A stretch of 61,879 nucleotides of DNA from a virus (lineage: Duplodnaviria; Caudoviricetes): positions 1 through 61,879 of the IMG/VR virus record IMGVR_UViG_3300046115_000122. The stretch is one strand, 5' to 3'. Positions 53,227 to 61,879 of this stretch are shown piece after piece; within the stretch, counting starts at the first letter, position 1, and every line of letters starts with the position of its first letter. The translations under genes and the position numbers were made by a program. The notes below the pieces were generated by a model. The model had not been told where the DNA came from and ran no database searches. It was given only the letters and a program-made list of their open reading frames with translations.

Positions 53227-55457
53227 TGGCCGAACCCCTCCAGCCCTCTATCTGGATCGAATGCCGGCTCGAGCAGGTGCCCGTGAGCGCGGGCACGACG
53301 CTCTACCGGTGGAGCACGCGCCCGCTCGCGGACGCGGAGTTCGTCGAAGGCCGCGTCCTGTCGTGGGGGCGCATTGTCCGGTCGTTGTCGGATGGCATGG
53401 GCCAGTACGACGTCGGGAAGGCGAGCGTCCTCCTGAACGACGCGGACGGGTTGTTCCGCGGCCTCATGGAGACCGGGTCCACGACGGAGTGGTTCGACAA
53501 CCGCGAAGCGGCGATTAAGGTCCTGTCCGAGGCTGGCCGGCACGCGGCGCTCGAGCCGCGCCTCTTGTTTCGCGGCGTGCTCGACAACGTCCAGTTGCAG
53601 GCCGGGCGGCGCGCGTCGATTGATTTGGTCGACCGGATCCGACCCTACCTCGACGTCGTCTTGCCACAGGCAACGTTCGAGCGGACGTACGTCGACACGA
53701 GCGTGACTCCCTACGTCAGTGTCTCCGGCTTTCCCGACATCCACAAAGATCTGGTGGGCACGCCGATTCCGCTGGTCGGCGGGGAGTTCAGCGACGCCGG
53801 CGCACTGGACATTTCGGGGGCACCCGCCGACAAGGGGATGCTGCCCGCCATCTACGTCGGCCAGCGGCAGACGATCAACGAAGCGACGAGCCTGCCCGCG
53901 TTTCTCGAGCCGCCGACGCTGAGTGCGTCCGTGGTCGGCACCCCGGGCACCCGCACGGTCGCCTACGGCGTCACCGCGTGGTCGGGCTACGGCGAGACGG
54001 TGCTCAGCAACGTCGCGGTGGTCACCAACGCGCCCAACACGCTGAGCGGCTCGAACTATGTGTCGCTGACCTGGCCCATCGTGGTGGGCGCCACGCACTA
54101 CGTGGTCTACGGCCGGACACTCCTCAACCCGAGCCGGCGCCTGAAGGTCGTGACCACGAACAGCTACAGCGACACCGGCGTCGATGGCGAGTCCGCCCCG
54201 GGCCCTCCGTTGGTAAACCTGGCGCAAGTGCCGGGGGTCGACGGCTCGTTTTTCTGGGACCTGTACATCATTTGCCTCGGAGTGGTCCGCATCCAGAGCC
54301 TCTATGCCTCCGGCGAGCGGCCAGGCATCGCCCCCGCCCGCGAGTTGATGACCGAAGACATGTACGGCGTGGACTTCCTCCTCCCTGACGGTCCGTCCTG
54401 GCCACACCCCGACCCGTGGATCGAGATCGGCGGGATGCGGCTGACGGGATTCTACGCCCGGGGACCACGGTCGTACCGGCACGTCGTCGGCGAGGTCACG
54501 ATGGCCGTCAACGCGTGCGGCTACGAGGACGTCGGCGACGGCTCCGGGAATCCGATTAATCAGGCGTTCCCGCTGTTGCAGCTGTTCTTGAACGAGCACC
54601 TGCTCAAGAACCGCGGGACCGGCTACCGTGACGGCGATTGGGGTCCGCTCGAGGAGTGGGACGACGGCGGCGTGGCGATCCTGCAGACGTCGAAGTTTGC
54701 GGACTGCCAGGCCCTGACGGCGACGCGGCTCGGCGACAGCGTCGGCTACACCGCGGCGATCTACCTGCGCGAACGGACCACGGTGCGCGAGTTCCTCCAG
54801 CGCTTCTGTCAGACGTTTGACGCGTTCCTGGCGACGAATCATCACGGGCAGCTCTACCCCGTGCTCATCGACGACGGCGCGAGTGCCACCGTGGGTCGGC
54901 ACTACCGCGAGCGCATGGAGATCGCCGACGAGCTCCCGGCGCCGGTCATCGACCACGACGCGACCGAGAACAAATGGATCTACCAGTTCGACTTCGACCC
55001 AGACGCGGGCGCGTTCCGGGGCGACGCCGAATCGTTGACGGACCAGCCCGGGATTGACGCGCTGCGCGGGAAGGTGCGCGAGCGGTCGATCAAGCAGTAC
55101 TACACGCGAGACGCCGCGACCGCGCGCGACGTGATCGGCCGCCGACGGCTGCGGAATCGCCACGCGCCACGCACGCAGGAGATCCCAACCAACCTGCTGG
55201 CGCTTGAAGACGAGAACGGCGACCAGATCCTCGTCACGCATCGTGACGGCATCGGCCCGAACGGATACGAGCAGACCCCGTTTCTGGTGGTCTCGCACGT
55301 GGTGGAGCCGAGCAGCGGTCGCGGGAGCGAGACGCGCGCGACGCTCGTGGGCTTGGACCTGTCGCGCCTCCTGGCGACGTCCTTCCCCCCGAACATCGTG
55401 GAAGACGCGTCGAACATCTTTGAGGGCAATCCGGGCGAGCCGGTGGAGATCCGATGA
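53226..55457 (+). CDS. Tail tip/hub protein with Fn3-like insert
   Basis: 743 aa; L.D.DG.F, G.PIP.V.G, YGVTA...GET...LTW..V.GAT.Y.VY. Confidence 0.7.
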   Translation: MAEPLQPSIWIECRLEQVPVSAGTTLYRWSTRPLADAEFVEGRVLSWGRIVRSLSDGMGQYDVGKASVLLNDADGLFRGLMETGSTTEWFDNREAAIKVLSEAGRHAALEPRLLFRGVLDNVQLQAGRRASIDLVDRIRPYLDVVLPQATFERTYVDTSVTPYVSVSGFPDIHKDLVGTPIPLVGGEFSDAGALDISGAPADKGMLPAIYVGQRQTINEATSLPAFLEPPTLSASVVGTPGTRTVAYGVTAWSGYGETVLSNVAVVTNAPNTLSGSNYVSLTWPIVVGATHYVVYGRTLLNPSRRLKVVTTNSYSDTGVDGESAPGPPLVNLAQVPGVDGSFFWDLYIICLGVVRIQSLYASGERPGIAPARELMTEDMYGVDFLLPDGPSWPHPDPWIEIGGMRLTGFYARGPRSYRHVVGEVTMAVNACGYEDVGDGSGNPINQAFPLLQLFLNEHLLKNRGTGYRDGDWGPLEEWDDGGVAILQTSKFADCQALTATRLGDSVGYTAAIYLRERTTVREFLQRFCQTFDAFLATNHHGQLYPVLIDDGASATVGRHYRERMEIADELPAPVIDHDATENKWIYQFDFDPDAGAFRGDAESLTDQPGIDALRGKVRERSIKQYYTRDAATARDVIGRRRLRNRHAPRTQEIPTNLLALEDENGDQILVTHRDGIGPNGYEQTPFLVVSHVVEPSSGRGSETRATLVGLDLSRLLATSFPPNIVEDASNIFEGNPGEPVEIR

Positions 55458-55948
55458 GTTACGCCGAATGGGTGGGGAGCGGCGGCGGTGGCGCGATCGC
55501 GGTCGGCGATGACTGGGATCGGCCCGTCATCGAGGGTGTCCGCCAGAACATCAAGGCGCTGGCCGCGCGCCGCGCGGTCTATCCGCTCGGGGGCTCGCGC
55601 AATGTTGGGATCCAGTACAACGCGGTCATCGACGCCTACGACTGGCTCCCGTTCTACTTCGATGGCACCGAGTTTCAGGCGGGTGCGACGGTGCGCGCGC
55701 GGGTGGACGTGCGCTCGGCGGACGCGGCCACGAGCATCACGCCCCAGATCTACAACGTGACCGACACGAGTGTCGCGGTGACGGGCGCGGCCTGCAGCGC
55801 CACGCTCGCCGACTACACCGGCGCCAACCAGCGCCAGACGCTGAGTTTCACGCCAGCGACGGGGGCGAAGGAGTACCGGCTGCGGCTGACGCCGTCGAAC
55901 GACACCAATCTCGTGTACTGCATCGGCCTCGTGGAGGTGTTCTTCTAA
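55454..55948 (+). CDS. Minor tail protein
   Basis: Coupled ORF in the tail-tip cluster. Confidence 0.6.
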   Translation: MSYAEWVGSGGGGAIAVGDDWDRPVIEGVRQNIKALAARRAVYPLGGSRNVGIQYNAVIDAYDWLPFYFDGTEFQAGATVRARVDVRSADAATSITPQIYNVTDTSVAVTGAACSATLADYTGANQRQTLSFTPATGAKEYRLRLTPSNDTNLVYCIGLVEVFF

Positions 55949-57315
55949 TGCGGAAATTGTTCACGGGAGTCCTTTTCCTCTCGGCCTTCCTGTATGGGAG
56001 TTGGGTGGTCACGCCGCTGGCGCAGGAGACCATCGGCCAGTTCTCGCGGCTCGTGCTCGGCGGCACGTCGCCCGGAGCGGGCACCGTCGACATCCGCGCG
56101 GGGACGGGCACGCCCGAGGGTGTGGTCGTGGGCACCGTCGGGGACATCTTCATCCGGACGAACGGCGGCGCGGCGACCACGCTCTATGTCAAGGAAAGCG
56201 GGACCGGGAACACGGGCTGGAGCGCCATCAGCGGCGGCGGCAGTTCGCACGCGATTCTCTCGGCGACGCACACGGACACGAGCGCGGCGACGGTGGTGCA
56301 GGGCGACCTCATCTTCGGCAACGCCACGCCTGCGTGGGCGCGGCTGGCGAAGGACACCAACGCGACGCGGTACCTGTCCAATACCGGCTCCTCGAACGCG
56401 CCCGCCTGGGCGCAGGTCAATCTCGCCAACGGGGTCACGGGCAACCTGCCGACCGCGAATTTGAACAGCGGCACGAGCGCGAGCGCGACGACCGTCTGGC
56501 GCGGGGACGCGACGTGGTCGAGCGTGACGAGCGCGATGATCACCGACGCGACGATCGCGCTGGTCGATCTGTCGAGCATGTCGTGCTCGAACAACGAGAT
56601 CCTCAAGTGGAACGCGGGCGGCTCGACGTGGGCGTGCGCGGCCGACAACGGCGCCTCCGGCTCCACCAACGCGCTGCTCGACGGCACGAATCACACGGAC
56701 ACGACGAACTCAGCCGTCACCAAGGGCGACCTCGTCGTAGGCAACGGCACGCCGCTCTGGGACGACCTCGCGGTCGGCTCCAACGGCCAGGTGCTGACGG
56801 CGAACAGCGCCGCGACGAACGGCGTCGAGTGGGCCACGCCAGCGGGCGGTTCCGGAGCGACGTACGTCATCAAGGGCTCGACGGAAACCGTCACGAATAG
56901 CACGACGCTACAGGACGACGACGCGCTGTTCTTCAGCGTAGCCACCAGCTCGAAGTACTGGTTTGAGGCGGTGTTGTTGGTCGATGGCAGCACGACTGGC
57001 GACATCAAGATTCAATTCAACGTGCCCGCGTCGGCGACTGGGTTCTGGGCGCCGGAAGGCGGCACGGCACCGGCGAACCACTGGAGCGCGGTGAACACTG
57101 GAGGCACGCCAGTCACGTTGGGGGCGTACGGCGCGTCGCAGTCGTTCGGCATGACGGGCTCGTGCGCGCCCTGCGGCATCCGTATCTCTGGGATCGTGTC
57201 GACGGCCGGCACGAGCGGCACCGTGCAGATGCAGTTCGCGCAGGCCTCGCTCGATGCGGGGGTCGCGGTCGAAGTGCAGGTCAACAGTTTTATCAGCTAC
57301 ACAAAGATTCAGTAA
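55948..57315 (+). CDS. Tail fibre-like protein with hydrophobic N-terminus
   Basis: GTGTPEGVV.G.VG, YVKESGTGNTGW, GVTGNLP, KGDL.V..L.VGSNGQVLTANS fibre motifs. Confidence 0.75.
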   Translation: MRKLFTGVLFLSAFLYGSWVVTPLAQETIGQFSRLVLGGTSPGAGTVDIRAGTGTPEGVVVGTVGDIFIRTNGGAATTLYVKESGTGNTGWSAISGGGSSHAILSATHTDTSAATVVQGDLIFGNATPAWARLAKDTNATRYLSNTGSSNAPAWAQVNLANGVTGNLPTANLNSGTSASATTVWRGDATWSSVTSAMITDATIALVDLSSMSCSNNEILKWNAGGSTWACAADNGASGSTNALLDGTNHTDTTNSAVTKGDLVVGNGTPLWDDLAVGSNGQVLTANSAATNGVEWATPAGGSGATYVIKGSTETVTNSTTLQDDDALFFSVATSSKYWFEAVLLVDGSTTGDIKIQFNVPASATGFWAPEGGTAPANHWSAVNTGGTPVTLGAYGASQSFGMTGSCAPCGIRISGIVSTAGTSGTVQMQFAQASLDAGVAVEVQVNSFISYTKIQ

Positions 57316-57366
57316 AAGTTACCGACAGGTGTCGTAGACGCACGACCTGGAGACGAGGAGACGACC

Positions 57367-57492
57367 ATGTTCACACCGCACAACGCGCTGCTAGTGCTGA
57401 CGCTCGTGTTCATCGCGGCGGACGCGATCTACAAGCTCCCCTCGTGGACGTGGGGGCTGTGTCTGTTCCTCTTGCTGTTGCTGGGTCGATGA
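57367..57492 (+). CDS. 41-aa membrane protein with two hydrophobic segments (holin candidate; absent from the ORF track)
   Basis: AGGAG RBS; MFTPHNALLVLTLVFIAADAIYKLPSWTWGLCLFLLLLLGR. Confidence 0.6.
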   Translation: MFTPHNALLVLTLVFIAADAIYKLPSWTWGLCLFLLLLLGR

Positions 57493-58007
57493 GGGTCGGA
57501 CTTATGCGGCTCGTACTGGTCATCGCAATCCTGACCACGCTCGTGGCGTCGTCGGCGTGGCGGCAGCCGTCGCTGGTGACGTCCACCGCCGCCCAGGCCG
57601 CGCAGCCACCCGTCGCGGCGGTGGGCACGGGCCCGCAGACCGACGCGCACCCCGCGGAGAGCAGCGACATGAACTGGACGCAACAGTTCGAATTGATCCG
57701 GTGGGCGGTCACGCAGGGCGGCCTGACGATCGTGCTGCTCATCGTGCTCGCGAGTTATCGGCGCGACTTCTTTCGCAAGGACGATGGGCGGGTCCTGGAG
57801 TTGGCCGCGAAGGAAGAAGAGAAACGGCAACTCAAGGAAGACAAGCGCGAGCTGGTGGCGCTGTTGCGCGACCTCAACACCACCAACCAAGCGCAGGTCG
57901 TGTCGGTCGTCCAGAACACGAACGCGACGAACAAGCTGGCCGAGAGCGTGGACCGATTCGCGGAGCGCCGCGTGGTGCTCCGTCGCGAGGCGGATCCCTC
58001 GTCATGA
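57489..58007 (+). CDS. Membrane protein with coiled coil (holin-like candidate)
   Basis: Two hydrophobic segments; lysis-module position. Confidence 0.6.
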   Translation: MRVGLMRLVLVIAILTTLVASSAWRQPSLVTSTAAQAAQPPVAAVGTGPQTDAHPAESSDMNWTQQFELIRWAVTQGGLTIVLLIVLASYRRDFFRKDDGRVLELAAKEEEKRQLKEDKRELVALLRDLNTTNQAQVVSVVQNTNATNKLAESVDRFAERRVVLRREADPSS

Positions 58008-58095
58008 CCGAGGAAAGTGACGGGGGCGGTCAAGCCAGTCGAGATCCCAAAGCTGCAGAAGACCGAGCAGGGAAGCGAGACACCGAAGGGGAACC

Positions 58096-58503
58096 ATGAC
58101 GAGTTACGGTCCAGGGATCGCGGCCAGCGTGGGTGCCGCCGCAGTCGGCACAGTGGGAACGGTGCTTGCCGTGTCCTATACGTCTGGCGAAGTGCTCCTG
58201 ATTCTTGCCGCGGTTGGCACGCTCGTCACGATCATTGGCGGCCAGATTGTGACCATCATCGTGACCATCCGGGCACACCGGGAGACGAGTCGGAAGGTGG
58301 AGGAAAACACAGTGCTGACGGCAGCCGTCGCGGAAAAAACTGCCGTGATTGAACACGCGACCAATGGCGCCATGACGAAGGCTGAAGAAATTATCAAAAC
58401 GCTCCGTGAGCAGATTCGATTTCAGGAAGCGGCCCGGGACGAATTGGCACGCGCGGCCGCGGACGTGTTGAAGGAGAAGGCCGGCATCATCACACCGAAG
58501 TAG
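58096..58503 (+). CDS. Membrane protein (holin/antiholin candidate)
   Basis: Long hydrophobic N-terminal half, HATNG motif. Confidence 0.6.
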   Translation: MTSYGPGIAASVGAAAVGTVGTVLAVSYTSGEVLLILAAVGTLVTIIGGQIVTIIVTIRAHRETSRKVEENTVLTAAVAEKTAVIEHATNGAMTKAEEIIKTLREQIRFQEAARDELARAAADVLKEKAGIITPK

Positions 58504-58511
58504 AGACGACT

Positions 58512-58634
58512 ATGGTTGACACCGTCCTACTGCTGCTCGCTCTTGTCGCACTCGTTGTGGCACTGGTCGCTGAGCGCCGCTCGCGCCATCTTCGCGATGC
58601 CGCCGCCGCCAGCACCACCAAGGAGGACGCGTGA
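58512..58634 (+). CDS. 40-aa single-TM peptide
   Basis: MVDTVLLLLALVALVVALVAERRSRH... Confidence 0.5.
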   Translation: MVDTVLLLLALVALVVALVAERRSRHLRDAAAASTTKEDA

Positions 58635-58662
58635 AAGTCAAACTATTCATCCTGTCACTCAT

Positions 58663-59205
58663 ATGACCGAGGACCAGCTCGTCGCCGACGTGTTCGTGCG
58701 GGAAGGCGAGACGTACGCCGACGAGCACTCGACGCCGCCCATCGACCAGCCGACGGCGCCAGGCGGGATCATCCTCGCCACGTTGTCGGCGTACCTCGGG
58801 CGGCCCGCGACGCTGGCGGAGCTACAGGCGCTGACGAAGGAGACGGCGACGCCGATCGTGCGGTGGGTGCTCCACCAGTTCATGGCGCGGTACGGGCTGA
58901 CCGCGATCACGTACGAGCCGCTGCGCCTGCAGATGATCGACTTCGCCTACAACTCCGGGCCGGAGCGGGCGATTCGCTGGCTCCAGCGCGTGCTGCAGGT
59001 CGAGGTGACCGGTCGGATGGACGCTCAGACGATCTGGGCGGTGCAGCACGAAAAGGGCTTTCTGGTCCACCACGCGCTCATCGCGGCGCGGCTCCAAATG
59101 ATCGACATGTGGACGGACTTGGAGGTGCGTCGGAGAGCCTGGGAAGAGGGATTGGAGTCGAGAACCTTAAGTTTCTCCCTGTTACTGAAAGTGGGGACCG
59201 CGTGA
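58663..59205 (+). CDS. Endolysin, GH108-like with PG-binding region
   Basis: REG..Y.D, T..GI, DFAYNSGP..AI.WLQR.L.V..G.M..QT. Confidence 0.8.
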   Translation: MTEDQLVADVFVREGETYADEHSTPPIDQPTAPGGIILATLSAYLGRPATLAELQALTKETATPIVRWVLHQFMARYGLTAITYEPLRLQMIDFAYNSGPERAIRWLQRVLQVEVTGRMDAQTIWAVQHEKGFLVHHALIAARLQMIDMWTDLEVRRRAWEEGLESRTLSFSLLLKVGTA

Positions 59206-60662
59206 AAGTGAAGTTCTTCGTCCTGGCGCTCATCGTGGCGCTGTCGACATCGACCACATCGGCGGCCGCGGCAACGCGAATCGATGTGCCCGGGGGCTGG
59301 TATGCCTTCGCCTGTGTCAATGGCGAGTATGGGGCGCTCGTCAAGGATGTGCGCCTCGACACGCGAGTTGGCGTGGTACCGCTGCCGTCTGGGCAGAACG
59401 CGCTCTATCTCACTGGGGCCTGCGACGGCTCCGGACGGATTGCCTCCGTCGGGCATCGGGACGACAACGCGTGGGAATGGACGGGTGCCTGGACGTCGCG
59501 GGGGTTGGCCTTCGGCCCGAACGCCGTTATCTACGACGCGGCCAAACTCCTGCAGGTGGTGTGGGGTCCTGGGACACCGACGGGATCGCAGGGCTGGCGC
59601 TACGTCGCCGACGATGGACGGCTCGTCACGGGGGATGAAAGCTACGCCGATCCCGCGCGGCATCTCTGGGAATACACGGTGCGCGGGGACATCCGCTGCG
59701 GCCAGGGCGGCGACGAAGAAGGCCTCCAGTGCCTCATCCGCGACCGGCGCGTACTTGTCGAGCCCGGGGTGATCCGCTTCATCCGGTTCTACCGGGAAGG
59801 GGACCGGCTCGCGCTTGCGTGGGTGCGGCAGGATACCGCCTCCGCCGGCCTGCTCTGGCTCACGGTCGCCGAACTGGACGCCTACCCGACGTACCTGCTC
59901 CCGGGCGAGCCGCCCCCGCCCGTCGAAATCTGCGGCAACGGCATCGACGACGACAAGGACGGCGCGATCGATGAGGGCTGTCCGCCCATCGACCCTCCGC
60001 AAGCGTGCGGCGAGATCCCAGCGGCTGGCCAGTCGGCGCTGCGCCAGCTGTGGGCGCGGGCAGACGTCAACGTGCTCGTACGCAGCCAGGACGACGAGGA
60101 CCGCCGGAAGTCGGCGCGCATGTTCGCCGAGCAACTCGCGTTCACGGTCGATCGCGCGTGGGGGACCAAGAACGCCGGCGGCGGACGGCCGCCCTCAAAG
60201 GACGCCGTCGCACGCATGGTCGGCGGCACGCTCTGCGGATGGGACATCGTCAATGGCACGACGCGCGAGCTCAGTTTCGGTCACGGCGAGCCGCTGCCAG
60301 GGCAGGAGTTCATCGCGGTCACCCCGACGAATCACCTGGGCGGCACACCACCGGACCCGGAGCCGTCGAACCATGAAGCGCGCATCGCGGCGCTCGAAGC
60401 GCAGATCAAGGCACAGGGCTCCGGGCTGACCGCGCTGGCCGACGAGATCGCGGCCCTGCGCCGCCGCTCCGTCGACATCGACGAGCGCGTCGTGCGGCTC
60501 GAACAGAAGCCCGGGCTCACCCCCGAACAGGACGCCGACCTCGCGGCGGTGCGCGCCTTTCTTGAGGCCCTCAAGCAGGGCCTCGGGCTGAAGACCGGAA
60601 CGACGCTGCCGAATCCGTTCCGCGCTCACGATCATCCGGTCACGATTCGCTGGCCGCAGTAG
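59202..60662 (+). CDS. Secreted multidomain protein with EICGNGIDDDxDGxIDEGC motif and coiled coil
   Basis: Signal peptide MKVKFFVLALIVAL..AAA; Cys/Asp metal-binding-like motif; C-terminal heptads. Confidence 0.7.
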   Translation: MKVKFFVLALIVALSTSTTSAAAATRIDVPGGWYAFACVNGEYGALVKDVRLDTRVGVVPLPSGQNALYLTGACDGSGRIASVGHRDDNAWEWTGAWTSRGLAFGPNAVIYDAAKLLQVVWGPGTPTGSQGWRYVADDGRLVTGDESYADPARHLWEYTVRGDIRCGQGGDEEGLQCLIRDRRVLVEPGVIRFIRFYREGDRLALAWVRQDTASAGLLWLTVAELDAYPTYLLPGEPPPPVEICGNGIDDDKDGAIDEGCPPIDPPQACGEIPAAGQSALRQLWARADVNVLVRSQDDEDRRKSARMFAEQLAFTVDRAWGTKNAGGGRPPSKDAVARMVGGTLCGWDIVNGTTRELSFGHGEPLPGQEFIAVTPTNHLGGTPPDPEPSNHEARIAALEAQIKAQGSGLTALADEIAALRRRSVDIDERVVRLEQKPGLTPEQDADLAAVRAFLEALKQGLGLKTGTTLPNPFRAHDHPVTIRWPQ

Positions 60663-60680
60663 TGGAAGAGGAATGCACCC

Positions 60681-61217
60681 ATGACCTGTCGCGATCTGCT
60701 GCTTCTCTGTGTGCTGGCGTCGAGTTGTGCGACGACGACGACGCCATTGCGCGGGCTCTATCAGGAAACGCTCGACACGCCCTGGCAGCAGGCGCAATAC
60801 GTCGCGACGACGCGTGAGGGCTGCGAGCCGGGGCTCGAAGTCCTCGCCGCACGGGCCGCCGCGCTCAAGCTACCGATCACCCTCGCCGAGATGGACCGCA
60901 ACACCGTGGGGCGGTTCTACCACGAGGAGCGGCGCATCGAAATCAATGCCCTGCTGGGCTCCTGTAGTCGCTTAGAGGTCCTAGCGCACGAGCTCGGACA
61001 CGCGCTCGCCCCACCGCAACTCGCGGGATCACAGGACGGGCAAGTGTTTGCCGACGGCGTTAGTTATCTGGCGGTGCAGCAACTCGGCGGGTACAGTCCA
61101 CGGGCGGTGTACGCGACCTACCTCGCGGGGCGGAAGTTCTCGGTGCCGACGCTCTTGATCTACGAACGCGACATCGAGCGGGCCGCCGACTGGCTCGTCC
61201 ACGGAGGCGCGCGGTGA
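60681..61217 (+). CDS. Lipoprotein with HExxH metallopeptidase-like domain
   Basis: Lipobox LASSC; G.F....IEIN...EVLAHELGH. Confidence 0.75.
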   Translation: MTCRDLLLLCVLASSCATTTTPLRGLYQETLDTPWQQAQYVATTREGCEPGLEVLAARAAALKLPITLAEMDRNTVGRFYHEERRIEINALLGSCSRLEVLAHELGHALAPPQLAGSQDGQVFADGVSYLAVQQLGGYSPRAVYATYLAGRKFSVPTLLIYERDIERAADWLVHGGAR

Positions 61218-61597
61218 ACAGGTGGGCGTTCATCGCGCTGCTGGCCGTGCTGGTGTTCGTCGTGCTTCTGGCGCTCACCAGCGTGCGACTCGGCGCGCGA
61301 GAGACGGTGTCGCCGGCACCGGCACCGGAGCCGGAGCGGCGGACGTTCGTCTGGGTCCGGGGGCCCGACCGGAACATCGGCGGGGCGCACGTGCAGTTCG
61401 TCGATCGTGTCGGCGACTCGTGGGGATTCCCGCTGACCAACGAGGGCGGGTGGACCAAGCGGGCGGTCCCGGACGGCTATTACTCGGTCCTGGTGTCCGC
61501 CGACGGCTGGAAGACGCGGCGGATCCGCCTGCACACACCGACGCGTGAGCGGTATGCGACGCGAGATTTCACGGTCTGGATGGAGCGGGTGAAGTGA
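61214..61597 (+). CDS. Membrane-anchored carboxypeptidase-regulatory-like domain protein
   Basis: N-terminal TM; IGGAHV...TNEGG...PDG.Y.V.VSADGW. Confidence 0.65.
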   Translation: MNRWAFIALLAVLVFVVLLALTSVRLGARETVSPAPAPEPERRTFVWVRGPDRNIGGAHVQFVDRVGDSWGFPLTNEGGWTKRAVPDGYYSVLVSADGWKTRRIRLHTPTRERYATRDFTVWMERVK

Positions 61598-61869
61598 GGG
61601 CGCTGCTCCTCCTCGCGGCGCTGAGCGTCGGCTGCGCGGCGCATCGGGAGGTGAGGCCGATCTGGTTTCGGAACGCGCCGGAGGACTGGGTGCCGCCGAA
61701 GCAATTCCAGACGGCCAACTGTAAGGTGCGGGACGAGGTGGTGATTGTGAATTTTACGCCCAGCGGCCGCGCCACGATCCGGATCGAATGCAGGGACCAG
61801 ACGGGGTTCGTGCGGACGGTGCTTGTGGACAAGAAGACAAAGCGCGTCGTCACGGAGTGGTACTGGTGA
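61594..61869 (+). CDS. Small lipoprotein
   Basis: Lipobox LSVGC. Confidence 0.65.
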   Translation: MRALLLLAALSVGCAAHREVRPIWFRNAPEDWVPPKQFQTANCKVRDEVVIVNFTPSGRATIRIECRDQTGFVRTVLVDKKTKRVVTEWYW

Positions 61870-61879
61870 GCTGGCTACT

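Noticed and set aside
48907-55298. Long minus-strand ORFs (48907-51327, 52959-55298, also 31386-33071 and 12995-14323)
   Set aside because: Antisense shadows of high-GC genes; no motifs, and they overlap well-supported + strand CDSs.

Overview
The window is most or all of a high-GC tailed-phage (siphovirus-type) genome, almost entirely on the + strand. Order: accessory genes (1-8255: MTase-like ORF, XRE HTH, ASCH, RMF-like, HerA/FtsK-like ATPase, Mom/GNAT-like, small-gene array); a ~500-bp non-coding control region; an early region (8.7-17.5 kb: DUF932, SpoVG-like, SWIM-ligase, HNH, DUF488); a minus-strand foreign insert (17.5-18.9 kb); an adenine-MTase-like + ParB + terminase block; portal and MuF; an 8.3-kb accessory module bracketed by 39-bp direct repeats; scaffold, P22-type capsid, neck, tail tube, frameshifted chaperone, tape measure and tail tip; then lysis and envelope genes. 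I see no integrase, polymerase, primase or replicative helicase. Best observations: (1) a pseudoknotted type II hammerhead ribozyme at 12969-13034; (2) four matching promoter cassettes (TTGAC-16 bp-TAnnnT, ATG at predicted +1, conserved AACAATCAA box) plus an inverted box in the promoter of a small regulator, suggesting an early-gene regulon; (3) capsid-derived mini-genes flanking the terminase, one with a twin-arginine signal; (4) three CGGUG-loop hairpins before the capsid gene; (5) an endolysin between duplicated gene starts. Family calls come from motif recognition by eye; no searches were run.
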